Shown here: positions 47,806-56,475 of the stretch, in pieces
Layout: every line of letters begins with the position of its first letter
Numbering within the stretch: position 1 is the first letter of the stretch
Assembly (NCBI GenBank): GCA_022709755.1
Contig: JAKLIF010000003.1
Span: 29,171 to 93,170 of the forward strand
DNA length: 64,000 nt
Reading direction: 5' to 3'
Source: Elusimicrobiota bacterium
GTDB taxonomy: Bacteria; Elusimicrobiota; Elusimicrobia; FEN-1173; JAKLIF01
Program-made: the position numbers and the translations under genes
The notes under the pieces: generated by a model
The model's database searches: none
What the model was told of the DNA's origin: nothing
The model's input: the letters and a program-made list of their open reading frames with translations, nothing else

Positions 47806-48594
47806 TCAGGATGCGGGTTGGCTCGCGGTCGCGGCGGCCATGTCCGAATGCCTGGGCAGAAGCCAGACGGCGGAGCCGGAGCTATCCAACATCTCGGAGA
47901 TGGTGTAGAATTCGAACCCTTTTTTTCGGAGGTCATGGATCAACCGGGGGAGCATGGCCAACGTGTTCTCCATGCCGGAATGGAGGAGGATCACCCCGCC
48001 GTCCTGGGCTCCGTCCATCACCCGTTGGTAGATTAAGTCCGCCGGCAACGCCCGGTGGTCCTGGGGAAGGACGGTCCAGAGGACCATGCGATAACCTTTT
48101 TCCACCGTGACCCGGATGGAATCCTTGTCGAACCGTCCCCCCGGCGGTCTGAAATAGCGCACGTCGACTCCCGACGCCGTCCGGATGGAGGTCTGCGTCC
48201 GGTCCAACTCCTCGGACAGGAGGGTCGGGTTCATCTGATCGAAGTTGAGGTGGTTGTAGGTATGGCTGGCTATTTCGTGGCCGTTCCGGTGGATGTCCCG
48301 GATCAGGTTGGGGTAGAGGTCCACCTGTTTTCCGACGACGAAGAAAGTGGCCGCCGCCCGCTCTTGTTCCAGCGCTCTCAGAAGACGGTCCGTGAAAGCC
48401 GGATGCGGCCCGTCATCGAACGTCAGGGCGATCTTGTATTTCGGCCGGGGTTGGGTGGGGAAAAAATCGCTGTCCCTGGAGAACAGAGCCACGCTCCCCA
48501 TCAACATGCCCGACAGGAGCAACAGGATGGCCTGGTATCGCCTCAGGAAGACGATCGTCGATGAATCGGCGTCGTGAAGGGGTCGGTCCGTCAT
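47806..48594 (-). CDS. polysaccharide deacetylase (NodB homology, CE4)
   Basis: TFDDGP, HTYNH and LLHSG motifs. Start at the internal ATG forming an ATGA overlap with the upstream stop. The 94 upstream codons were rejected. Confidence 0.8.
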   Translation of the reverse strand: MTDRPLHDADSSTIVFLRRYQAILLLLSGMLMGSVALFSRDSDFFPTQPRPKYKIALTFDDGPHPAFTDRLLRALEQERAAATFFVVGKQVDLYPNLIRDIHRNGHEIASHTYNHLNFDQMNPTLLSEELDRTQTSIRTASGVDVRYFRPPGGRFDKDSIRVTVEKGYRMVLWTVLPQDHRALPADLIYQRVMDGAQDGGVILLHSGMENTLAMLPRLIHDLRKKGFEFYTISEMLDSSGSAVWLLPRHSDMAAATASQPAS

Positions 48595-49190
48595 GACAGG
48601 GGGATCGCCGCCAGTTCGGTGTGGATCGGCCCGTCGGCCCGGAGATCGCTTTTGAAAAGGGAGACCTTTGAGACGGGGAAGGATAAAAAGAGTCTGTCTT
48701 TCGATGACAGGTAAGCGTCCATGGACGAGGCGTTGACCGGACGTTTGAAGCGGGCGATCGTCAGGTGGGGCTCGAAAGGCCTGTCCGCTCTCGGCAGGCC
48801 GATCCGGGCGAGTCCGTCCTCTGTTTTTCCGGCCAATGTGCTCAGTGTGTCGCCTCCGCGTCCGGTCCCAATCCACAGGATCCGGGCATGCTGTTCATCG
48901 GGGAAAACCCCCAACCCTTTACATTCTATATCAAATGACGCTTGGTCCGACAGACAATTTTTCAGCGCGTCGACGATGGGATCGACCCATCGCGCGTCCG
49001 TCTCTCCGAGGAACTTCAAGGTAAAATGTTGTTGAGAGGGGGGAGTCCATCTCACCGAAGCCGGATACGTCGTGTTTCCGGAAAGACGGGGCTTGTCCAA
49101 GCGGGGTTCCAGTTCCTGTCGGATCCCGGCGACGGCGGCGTGGGACTGCACGGGAGAGGAGATGGCGATGAATAATCGGAGTCTCGTCAT
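48591..49190 (-). CDS. thpR: RNA 2',3'-cyclic phosphodiesterase (2H phosphoesterase, LigT/ThpR family)
   Basis: Two H-x-T/S-x motifs, HFTLKF and HLTIAR. ~200 aa. Confidence 0.75.
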   Translation of the reverse strand: MTRLRLFIAISSPVQSHAAVAGIRQELEPRLDKPRLSGNTTYPASVRWTPPSQQHFTLKFLGETDARWVDPIVDALKNCLSDQASFDIECKGLGVFPDEQHARILWIGTGRGGDTLSTLAGKTEDGLARIGLPRADRPFEPHLTIARFKRPVNASSMDAYLSSKDRLFLSFPVSKVSLFKSDLRADGPIHTELAAIPLS

Positions 49191-49351
49191 GCGATGACTG
49201 AAGGATAGCAAACACTTCGGTCCTCCGCAATTCGTCCGGAACGGGCCGCTCCGGACCACGGTTTACATCATAAATCCGCGCCGATTATGTATCCGCCCGA
49301 AGATAAAAATGGGTTGACTTCTCAGAGGAAGTAACTTAAACTTAAAAAGAT

Positions 49352-51562
49352 ATGCTGAGTCACATACGGATCAGTTTGTTCATGAAAGTGGCCCTCCTCA
49401 TGGTGGGCTTGGCCACGGTGCCGTTGATGATCGTGGGGACTCAGATCCTCAGTCTGAATAAAGACTCACTCCAATACGAAGTTCTGAGATATCATACCCG
49501 CCTGGCCCAGTCGCTGGCTGAAAAATGGGACGGCCACCTGGCCGTCCTTGAAGAGAAGATCCGGTTCATCATGTCCACGTTCCAATCCAGCGAGATCAGT
49601 TGGCCCGAACGCCAATCGATCCTGCAGTCACTCGTGGATTCCAGCCCGTCGTTCGCCGTGGTATCCATCGTGGGGCAGGACGGTAAGGAATATATGAAGG
49701 TGTATAACCCAATCCTGGAACCGGAGTTGGCCGCATTCCCGTCCTTGGCTTCCCACAGCGAAGAGCCGTTGTTCCAGGATTTCCTCAAATCAAAGCACCG
49801 GGTCATGGAAGTGATCCGGGACAGTGACAATCCCCGCCTGCACCTCTACTACCCCCTTGAAACGCCGACGGGCCGTCACGCGATCTACATCGACACGTCC
49901 CTGCGGGCGTTCTGGGACGAGATCCTGAACACGCGCATCGGACAGACGGGGTTCGCCTATCTGGTCGGGGTGGAAGGGAGCCTCCTGGCCCATCCGGACC
50001 GGAACATGATGGAGGAGCCCCATTCCGTCAGGACCATTCCCCTGGTGGCCGCCGCGTTGGCGGGGAATTCCGGTGCTTCCGAGTTCTCGGATGCGAAGAA
50101 CGTCCAGTGGATCGGCGCCTCGGCCCCGATCCGCCGGATGCAGGGCGCCATCATCACCCAACAACAGCGCAACGAGGCTTACGCCGCCTCGCGGAAGGGC
50201 CAACGCCATGCTCTGTTCTGGATCGTGCTTTCCGCCTTTCTCGCGTCACTCATCGCGGCCCTCTTTGCCCGTCAGATCACCCGCCCCGTGCTGGATTTGA
50301 CCCGCGCCGCCCAGGACGTGAAGGTCGACGTGGGACAGTTCCCTGACGAAGTCGAGGTGCGCACGCACGACGAACTCCAGGACCTGAGCGAGACCTTCAA
50401 CACGATGACCAAAGAGCTGAAATCCTACGCGGCCATGCAGTTGGAACACCTCTTGGCGGAAAAGACCAAGACGGAGGCCATCGTCTTTTCGATTGTCGAC
50501 GGGCTCATCATGACCGATCACCAGGGGCTCATCGAGTTCATCAATCATCGGGCGCGCCAGATCCTGGGGATCACGGCTGAATACCAATCCTTGTTGAAAA
50601 AACCCCTGTGGGATTTCATCCCGCATACGGAAGCGCTCGACGTGCTGTGGGATATCACCCAAAATCCCCAAGACAACACGGCGCGCGAGATCGATCTCTC
50701 GGAGACGGGATATCGGCGGGTTTTCAAGGTGTTCTCCGAAGTGGTCCGCACCCCGACCCGCGGAGAAGACATCGGCGTCGTCATCATCCTCCACGATGTG
50801 ACGCTGGAGAAGGAGATCGAACAGATGAAGGAGGATTTCCTCCATTCCATCACCCATGACCTCCGCAATCCCATGACATCCATCCGGGGATTCCTCAAGT
50901 TCCTCCTGGACGAACTCGGGGGCCCTCTGACGGAACAACAGCGGAAGATGCTCGATACCATGGACCGCGCCAGCCTGCGGCTCCTCGGGATGATCAACGA
51001 CATCCTCGATGTGGCCAAGCTCGAAGCCGGGAAGATGGAAGTCAACCTCGCCGAAACAGATTTGATCGAACTTTCCCAGCGCATCCTTGAACTCCTGCAG
51101 GCCCAGGCCGGGAAGAAGAACATCGAACTGGTCCTGGATGCCAATCCGCAGATGCCCAAATCCATCCTCGATCCGCTCCTCATGGAGCGCCTTCTGACGA
51201 ACTTGGTGGGGAACTCCATCAAGTTTACGCCGGAAAAAGGTCGCATCACGATCGAGTGGCGGGATACGCCGACACAGATCCAGGGGGCCGTCTGCGATAC
51301 GGGAGAAGGGATGCCGCCCGATTTTATGGACAAGATATTCGGGAAGTTCCAGCAAGTGCGCGGCCAGCGCAAGGGAGGCACCGGGCTGGGATTGACCATC
51401 TGTAAATATATCGTCGAGAGTCATAAAGGGACCATCGGCGTGGAATCGACCCTCGGTAAGGGGTCCCGCTTTTATTTCACCATCCCCAAGGGTCTTCAAC
51501 GGGCGGAATCCGGAGAGGTTTATGTCACCAACAGTCCAGCGATATCACAGCAGACCGTCTAG
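49352..51562 (+). CDS. sensor histidine kinase: periplasmic Cache-like domain, HAMP, PAS, HisKA, HATPase_c
   Basis: Two TM helices flank a ~260-aa periplasmic domain. HAMP region. H-box HSITHDLRNP. N/G boxes LVGNSIKF...DTGEGMP...GTGLGLTICK. Confidence 0.85.
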   Translation: MLSHIRISLFMKVALLMVGLATVPLMIVGTQILSLNKDSLQYEVLRYHTRLAQSLAEKWDGHLAVLEEKIRFIMSTFQSSEISWPERQSILQSLVDSSPSFAVVSIVGQDGKEYMKVYNPILEPELAAFPSLASHSEEPLFQDFLKSKHRVMEVIRDSDNPRLHLYYPLETPTGRHAIYIDTSLRAFWDEILNTRIGQTGFAYLVGVEGSLLAHPDRNMMEEPHSVRTIPLVAAALAGNSGASEFSDAKNVQWIGASAPIRRMQGAIITQQQRNEAYAASRKGQRHALFWIVLSAFLASLIAALFARQITRPVLDLTRAAQDVKVDVGQFPDEVEVRTHDELQDLSETFNTMTKELKSYAAMQLEHLLAEKTKTEAIVFSIVDGLIMTDHQGLIEFINHRARQILGITAEYQSLLKKPLWDFIPHTEALDVLWDITQNPQDNTAREIDLSETGYRRVFKVFSEVVRTPTRGEDIGVVIILHDVTLEKEIEQMKEDFLHSITHDLRNPMTSIRGFLKFLLDELGGPLTEQQRKMLDTMDRASLRLLGMINDILDVAKLEAGKMEVNLAETDLIELSQRILELLQAQAGKKNIELVLDANPQMPKSILDPLLMERLLTNLVGNSIKFTPEKGRITIEWRDTPTQIQGAVCDTGEGMPPDFMDKIFGKFQQVRGQRKGGTGLGLTICKYIVESHKGTIGVESTLGKGSRFYFTIPKGLQRAESGEVYVTNSPAISQQTV

Positions 51563-51596
51563 GCGGGCTTTCGGACGGGGCAGTCTCACCGTCCTG

Positions 51597-53111
51597 ATGG
51601 CCTTGTGGATGGGATTGAACGTCGGCCTGGGCGCGACCGACGTCCTTCAAGAGATCGTCGTTCGAGACGGCGACACGCTGTGGAAGATCGCCAACTATTA
51701 TATGAAGGACCCCAAACGCTGGCCCGAACTCCTTCAGTATAATCCCAGGTTGAAGAGCGATCCGACGGTGGCCCTGAGCGGGATGAAACTCCAGGTCCCG
51801 GTCTACCTAATCAAGGAACATCTGCGCGCGGCGGAACTCGTCTATCTCTTGAAAGAGGTCCGCTACAGACGGGACGGGAGCGAACTGTGGAAGCCCGCCG
51901 CCGTCAACATGGAACTGTACAACGAGGACAGCCTCCGCACCATGAAAGAGGCCAAGGCCGACATCCGGTTCCCGACGGGAGAGGTGGTCCACCTGAACGA
52001 GAATTCGCTGGTCCTGGTCCGTCCCGAGAAGGCGAAAGAAGAGCTTTTCCTGATGTCGGGAGACGTGCTGGCCAATCGAGCCAAGGTCATCACCGCCGGC
52101 GGAGCGGAGATCAGCCCCCAGTCTCCCGATGCCCAATACCGGACGCGGATCAAGCCGGATAAGTCGGAACTGGTCCTGGTCTTCAAGGGGAACGTGGACG
52201 TGACCGCGCAAGGGAAGACGGTCCGCATTGCCGAAGGGTTCGGTTCGGAGATCCGGCCGTTGTCACCACCCACCCAGCCCATCCCTCTTCCCCAGATCCC
52301 CGTCGTGGCGGAGAAATACGGCGACCCGGAGAAGAAGGACGTCGCCATCCGTCCGATGTCCACCCGGGACGGACTCATCCTGAAGGTGGATCTGCCTTCT
52401 CTCCAGGTGGAATCTCCGGAGGATCAATCGTCAGCTCCGACGGCAAACAGGGATATCCCGGGGGCTCCCCCGTCGTCCCGGTCCCAGGCGATTACGGCTA
52501 AAAATTTCATCCAAAGATACCGGATTCAGATCAACAAGACCAAAGATTTCTCGAGCCCGCTCGTCGATGGCGTGTATCCTATTTCCCAGAAATTGAACCT
52601 GACCAAACAGGGTCTGGCGGACGGGGAGTATTGGTGGAGGATCGCCTATATCGATTCTTTGGGGCTGGAGGGTCGTTTTTCGACGCCTCAGTCGTTCCAG
52701 GTGGACCTGACACCTCCCGCCTTGATTGTGGCCAGCCCCCTCGAGGGGGAGGAGTTTTCATTTGAGAGCGATGAAATCCGTATTGAGGGAACCTGTGAAC
52801 CCGAGTCCTCCGTGATCGTTGAGGAGAAGGGGATGACTGTCGACGGACAGGGGGTATTCAAGGGCGTAATCTACCTCAAGGAAGGGAAAAACCGGCTGAC
52901 TTTTTTAGCGCGCGACTCTTTCGGGAACCTGACGACCGTCGAGCGGGTCGTCTATCGGTTGGGAGAGGGACAGGAAGGCCGGTATGCGAAACGCGTGGAG
53001 GAGGAAGAAGATTCGGACAAGCCCCGGAAAGAGACGACGTTCGCCACCTTCGGTCTCGGACTGTTGACCATCGGGGTGTTGGTGGGCGTTTTTATTTTGA
53101 TCATCGGTTGA
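51597..53111 (+). CDS. LysM + FecR-like domain protein with C-terminal TM anchor
   Basis: LysM VVRDGDTLWKIANYY...LLQYN. FecR-like beta-rich segment. C-terminal TM TTFATFGLGLLTIGVLVGVFILIIG. Start set to MALWMGL, downstream of the kinase stop. Confidence 0.6.
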   Translation: MALWMGLNVGLGATDVLQEIVVRDGDTLWKIANYYMKDPKRWPELLQYNPRLKSDPTVALSGMKLQVPVYLIKEHLRAAELVYLLKEVRYRRDGSELWKPAAVNMELYNEDSLRTMKEAKADIRFPTGEVVHLNENSLVLVRPEKAKEELFLMSGDVLANRAKVITAGGAEISPQSPDAQYRTRIKPDKSELVLVFKGNVDVTAQGKTVRIAEGFGSEIRPLSPPTQPIPLPQIPVVAEKYGDPEKKDVAIRPMSTRDGLILKVDLPSLQVESPEDQSSAPTANRDIPGAPPSSRSQAITAKNFIQRYRIQINKTKDFSSPLVDGVYPISQKLNLTKQGLADGEYWWRIAYIDSLGLEGRFSTPQSFQVDLTPPALIVASPLEGEEFSFESDEIRIEGTCEPESSVIVEEKGMTVDGQGVFKGVIYLKEGKNRLTFLARDSFGNLTTVERVVYRLGEGQEGRYAKRVEEEEDSDKPRKETTFATFGLGLLTIGVLVGVFILIIG

Positions 53112-53120
53112 GTCGCCCCC

Positions 53121-55427
53121 ATGGATCGACGAGACGGGGTGGCCGCCGTTGTGTTCTCCCTGATCGGCCTCCTGTGGCTGTTCCCTCAGATTTTCCTCGG
53201 TCGGATCCCCTTCGTCGGCGATCTTCTGAATTCTTTCAACCCGTGGTTCACTTCCGCGGCCCAGGCGCTCCAGTCGGGCCGTCTCCCTCTCTGGAATCCT
53301 TATACCGCTTCCGGTGAACCGTTCCTGGCCAATCCCCAGGCGATGATGTTCTATCCCGGAGCCCTGGTCTTCTGGCTGTTTCCTTATGGGTTCGCCTGGC
53401 CCGCCTTTCTAATGATGCATGTGGTCCTGATCGGTGCGGGGACTTTTTTATTGGCCAAGAAATGGGGTTTCTTGACGGGACAAGCCCTTTTTATCGCCTT
53501 GGCGATGGTTTGGAACGGCTTCATGGTCGTCCATTGGGAGTTCCCACCGGCGTTGGCGGCGTCGGCCTATGTCAGCTTGATGATCCTCGTCGGCGGGGCC
53601 TATCGGTCTCGCGTGTCGCCGATGTGGGTTGGTTTTGTGTTGGCCATCACGACGACACTCTTGTGTTTGACCGGTTATCCCCACTTCATCTACTACATAC
53701 TCCTCTTGGCGGTCGTTCACCGGCTCACGGAGAGCGGTCGGCGTTTGTGGCGTGGAGACGAGCCCCGGTTCAAGACCGTCTATCATGTCCTTCTGTGGGG
53801 GGCTTTTGTCGGTTTTGGAATCGTCATGAGTCTTCCTCAATGGGGACCGGCCTTGGAAGCCGTTTCCCAGTCCATCCGCAACAGGATTCCGCTGAACTCC
53901 GCGGCGGATTACAGCCTCAATCCGGCGTTCATCCTTAAATTCATCATCCCCGATATCGTCGACAAAGTGGCTCTCCCGTTCCGTTCCTCTCCTTTCGGAG
54001 CTGAATTCTGGCCGTTGCAGCGCAACTGGTTGACCACGTTCTTCATCGGGACGGGGCCGTTCGTGCTGGCGCTGGCCGCACTGCGACACCGGTCTCGATG
54101 GCATCTGGCGGGAGTGGCCCTGTTCGCCGGGATGTTGGCTTGCGCGATGCCGGTCGTGTTCCCGCTGGTTTGGACCCTGTTCCCGGGGATGAGATACATG
54201 ACTCATTTCGCCAACGCCATGTTGATTGCCGTCTGGGCGGTTGTTTTCCTGGCGGGCTTCGGGCTGAAAGACCTGTCCGGCGACCGGAAGCCGGCGCTCC
54301 TCCTCCTGGCCTTGGTGGCCGTGGTCTCGACGGTCGTGGCGTTGAGCGGGACTTTTCGGGGGATGTCGGCCCGTTGGCTTCTGGGACTCGGGTCTCTGAG
54401 CGAGGCCCAACATATGTGGATGAAGACGGCCGCGTGCCATAGCGTGGTCTGGATGGCGCTCTGGGCCGGATTGTTCTTTTTTCGCTGGAAGGGGAAGACT
54501 TTGTCCCTGTTGGCCTTGTTGTCGGCTGAACTGTGGATGTTCGGCCATGATATCCATCCCTTGACCCGTCATTCCTTCTTCCATGAGCCGGTGACATTGG
54601 CGCGTTTCGTCCAAACGAAAGATGTGCGCTTTGTGATGGATCCGGAACTCATGAAGAAGAGCCGGATCATGACCGGTGATTCCCTGGCGGCGGGTTATCA
54701 GAGTATACGTCAGGTCCTTTATCCCAATGTCCATCTGCCCTTTCGTGTGGAGGCGGCGTGGGGTTATGAGGTCATGCCGAATAAAGCCTACGCCGATTTC
54801 CGACGACAAATATCCGGGAATCTCCTGGAAAACCGGTTGGTGCGGTTCCTGTCCGGAGGCATCGTCCTCTCTGAAACCGATCAGGGTCGTTTCAAGCGGG
54901 CGGATCATTACCATTTCAGCGTCCATGATAACCCCGACGTTCTTCCCAAGGCGACATGGAATTCCAGACGGAAAGTCATTCCGGGGAGCGACGAACGCCT
55001 TCGTTACCTGGTTCGGGAATGGGATCCTTCTTCCGAGACGGTCTTGGAGACGGGGACCGAGGGGGGAGCGCTGACGGGAGTTCAGGGCGGACCGTTGTCG
55101 TTTGGAGAGACGGAAGAGAGTGTTTCTGTCCGGGGGGAACGGTCCACGGCGGGATTTCTTGTGATGAACCGGATCTATTATCCCGGATGGGAAGTGTTCG
55201 TCAATGGAAAGAGGGGAACCCTCCTGCGAGCCAACCATGCTTTTCAATGCGTTGAGACGCCCGCTGGGTATTGGGACGTCGTTTTTAAATATCGGCCCAG
55301 AATTTTTTATTTGGCGGTATGGGGGTTTGTGTCTGTCTCGTTGTTCCTGATCGCATCCAATCTGTTGATGGCGATCCCGAAAAAAAGGGCTTTTTTTGCG
55401 TCAAAAAACGCAAAATACAGGGTTTAA
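53121..55427 (+). CDS. YfhO-family large polytopic membrane protein (glycosyl-modification-associated)
   Basis: 768 aa, ~14 TM helices and a C-terminal extracytoplasmic domain, typical of the YfhO/DUF2723 architecture. Confidence 0.65.
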   Translation: MDRRDGVAAVVFSLIGLLWLFPQIFLGRIPFVGDLLNSFNPWFTSAAQALQSGRLPLWNPYTASGEPFLANPQAMMFYPGALVFWLFPYGFAWPAFLMMHVVLIGAGTFLLAKKWGFLTGQALFIALAMVWNGFMVVHWEFPPALAASAYVSLMILVGGAYRSRVSPMWVGFVLAITTTLLCLTGYPHFIYYILLLAVVHRLTESGRRLWRGDEPRFKTVYHVLLWGAFVGFGIVMSLPQWGPALEAVSQSIRNRIPLNSAADYSLNPAFILKFIIPDIVDKVALPFRSSPFGAEFWPLQRNWLTTFFIGTGPFVLALAALRHRSRWHLAGVALFAGMLACAMPVVFPLVWTLFPGMRYMTHFANAMLIAVWAVVFLAGFGLKDLSGDRKPALLLLALVAVVSTVVALSGTFRGMSARWLLGLGSLSEAQHMWMKTAACHSVVWMALWAGLFFFRWKGKTLSLLALLSAELWMFGHDIHPLTRHSFFHEPVTLARFVQTKDVRFVMDPELMKKSRIMTGDSLAAGYQSIRQVLYPNVHLPFRVEAAWGYEVMPNKAYADFRRQISGNLLENRLVRFLSGGIVLSETDQGRFKRADHYHFSVHDNPDVLPKATWNSRRKVIPGSDERLRYLVREWDPSSETVLETGTEGGALTGVQGGPLSFGETEESVSVRGERSTAGFLVMNRIYYPGWEVFVNGKRGTLLRANHAFQCVETPAGYWDVVFKYRPRIFYLAVWGFVSVSLFLIASNLLMAIPKKRAFFASKNAKYRV

Positions 55428-55467
55428 TCTTTTCGTCGGGGAAAAAGGCTATTTAGCAATAAAACCC

Positions 55468-55496
55468 TTGACAAAATGGGGTTCGGACCCTATACT
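55468..55496 (+). promoter_or_regulatory. sigma70-type promoter: TTGACA - 17 nt - TATACT
   Basis: Exact -35 hexamer at 55468-55473 and -10 hexamer at 55491-55496, with 17-nt spacing, 40 nt after the yfhO-like stop. Predicted TSS ~55503. Confidence 0.55.
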
Positions 55497-55504
55497 TGGA
55501 GTGA

Positions 55505-55630
55505 CGATAAGGGCAACCCTCGGTGAAAGCTGGGGGGCGCAAAGCTACGGGGCTAAAGAGAGGTCATTCTATATCCAAAGTGAAAGCTTTGGATACCTTC
55601 CGCGAGGGAGGGCTGGCCGAGCTGCCGAAT
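55505..55630 (+). ncRNA. c-di-GMP-I (GEMM) riboswitch-like aptamer, copy 1 (divergent, extended P3)
   Basis: AAGGGCAACCC - hairpin with GAAA tetraloop (CCUCGGU GAAA GCUGGGG) - GGGCGCAAAGCUACGGGGCUAAAG ... GGCUGGCCGAGCUGCCGAA. This matches the GEMM-I order GGCAAACC / GNRA-capped P2 / GACGCAAAGCC-ACGGG / P3 / ...GCCGA. One A is missing from the GGCAAAC box. Confidence 0.5.
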
Positions 55631-55688
55631 TATGACGAGAGCAGTTGCTCGTGCGTTCGTGCAGCCGTGGGACTCGATCCCATGTTTT

Positions 55689-55724
55689 AGCCGCGTTTGC
55701 TCAGTGCAAATGGCGGCTTTTTTA
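55689..55724 (+). terminator. intrinsic terminator (expression platform of riboswitch 1): AGCCGCGTTTGC-tcagt-GCAAAtgGCGGCT + TTTTTT
   Basis: ~11-bp GC-rich stem with a 5-nt loop, immediately followed by a T6 run. Read directly from the sequence. Confidence 0.6.
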
Positions 55725-55791
55725 TTCAGTCTGAAACATTGATCTTTTGATTCGCTCGACAAATCTCCTTTAACCGGGAGGCCTTTCCAAG

Positions 55792-55886
55792 AGTTCGGAA
55801 AGGGGCAAACCCGTCGCAAGACGGGGACGCAAAGCCACGGGCCCAGGAACCGCTGAATGGTTTTGGGGCAGCCGGGTTGCCGAAGA
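55792..55886 (+). ncRNA. c-di-GMP-I (GEMM) riboswitch aptamer, copy 2
   Basis: GUUCGGAAAGGGGCAAACC CGUC-GCAA-GACG GGGACGCAAAGCCACGGGCCC...GGGGCAGCCGGGUUGCCGAAG. It has the GGCAAACC box, a GNRA-capped P2, the GACGCAAAGCC-ACGGG core and the 3' GCAGCCGGGUUGCCGA element, nearly identical to the V. cholerae Vc2 consensus. P1 is UUCGG/CCGAA. Downstream leader ends in a U8 tract (56027-56035) just before the GGAGAGG SD of the first cluster gene. Confidence 0.7.
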
Positions 55887-56049
55887 ACAGACGTGTTTGG
55901 CCGACGGCGTTGTAACTTATAAGAAAGACGGCGCTGTAGGTACAATCACTTCATTTTCTTCTTTTGTATCAGCCGGTGACCGTGGTCACGAGCGATCAGT
56001 GATAGTCAGTGACATCGGGCGTCGGCATTTTTTTTGAACGGAGAGGAAA

Positions 56050-56463
56050 ATGAACCAAAAACGGCTTCAAACGATGGCAGTCGCGGCGGGGATCCTGGGA
56101 TGGATCCTTTGCGTGACGCCTGTTTGTCAGCCGGGCCACAGCATCGCCATCCAATCCCTCGAAAACCTGACCAATTACCCCAACCCGTTCGATTCCCGTT
56201 CCGCCGTCACCGTGATCGCCTATACGCTGCCTTCTGAAGCCAGCGTCAAGATCGTCATTTTCGATTTGGGCGGCAATGAGATCCGCCGTTGGGACATCTC
56301 CGCCGGGACGGAGGGATCTCGGCAAGGTTCGAACAGATGGACATGGGATGGAACGGATGAATCGGGGAGCAAAGTTGCGGCGGGGGGGTATGTGTGCCGC
56401 GTGATGGTGGAAGAGGGATACGGTTTCTCTTCCGGAGTCCGGAAGATCGGAGTGATCCGGTAA
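56050..56463 (+). CDS. small secreted protein with FlgD-Ig-like / T9SS C-terminal-domain-like beta-sandwich
   Basis: Signal peptide MNQKRLQTMAVAAGILGWILCVTPVCQ. YPNPFDSRSAVTVIAYTLPSEASVKIVIFDLGGNEIRRW...WTWDGTDESGSKVAAGGYVCRVMVE follows the NPF...I.Y.L......I.D..G..V......G....W.G.D..G..V..G.Y pattern of FlgD Ig-like/Por_Secre_tail domains. GGAGAGG SD. Confidence 0.6.
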   Translation: MNQKRLQTMAVAAGILGWILCVTPVCQPGHSIAIQSLENLTNYPNPFDSRSAVTVIAYTLPSEASVKIVIFDLGGNEIRRWDISAGTEGSRQGSNRWTWDGTDESGSKVAAGGYVCRVMVEEGYGFSSGVRKIGVIR

Positions 56464-56475
56464 CGGAGAACGGCC

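Noticed and set aside
55381-55420. A-run/GGGC/T-run and TTTTGCG-tcaaaaaa-CGCAAAA hairpins resembling terminators
   Set aside because: They lie inside the last 15 codons of the yfhO-like CDS (encoding KKRAFFASKNAKYRV). Likely a coincidental coding sequence or a minor pause element, not a separate feature.
55503-55725. Considered tmRNA (ssrA) or 6S RNA for the ~220-nt promoter-to-terminator transcript
   Set aside because: There is no tag-peptide reading frame ending in ...AA-stop, no tRNA-like acceptor/T-arm with a CCA end, and no 6S central bubble. The sequence instead matches the GEMM-I core (GGCAA(A)CC, GNRA-capped P2, CGCAAAGCYACGGG), which a second copy 200 nt downstream shares.
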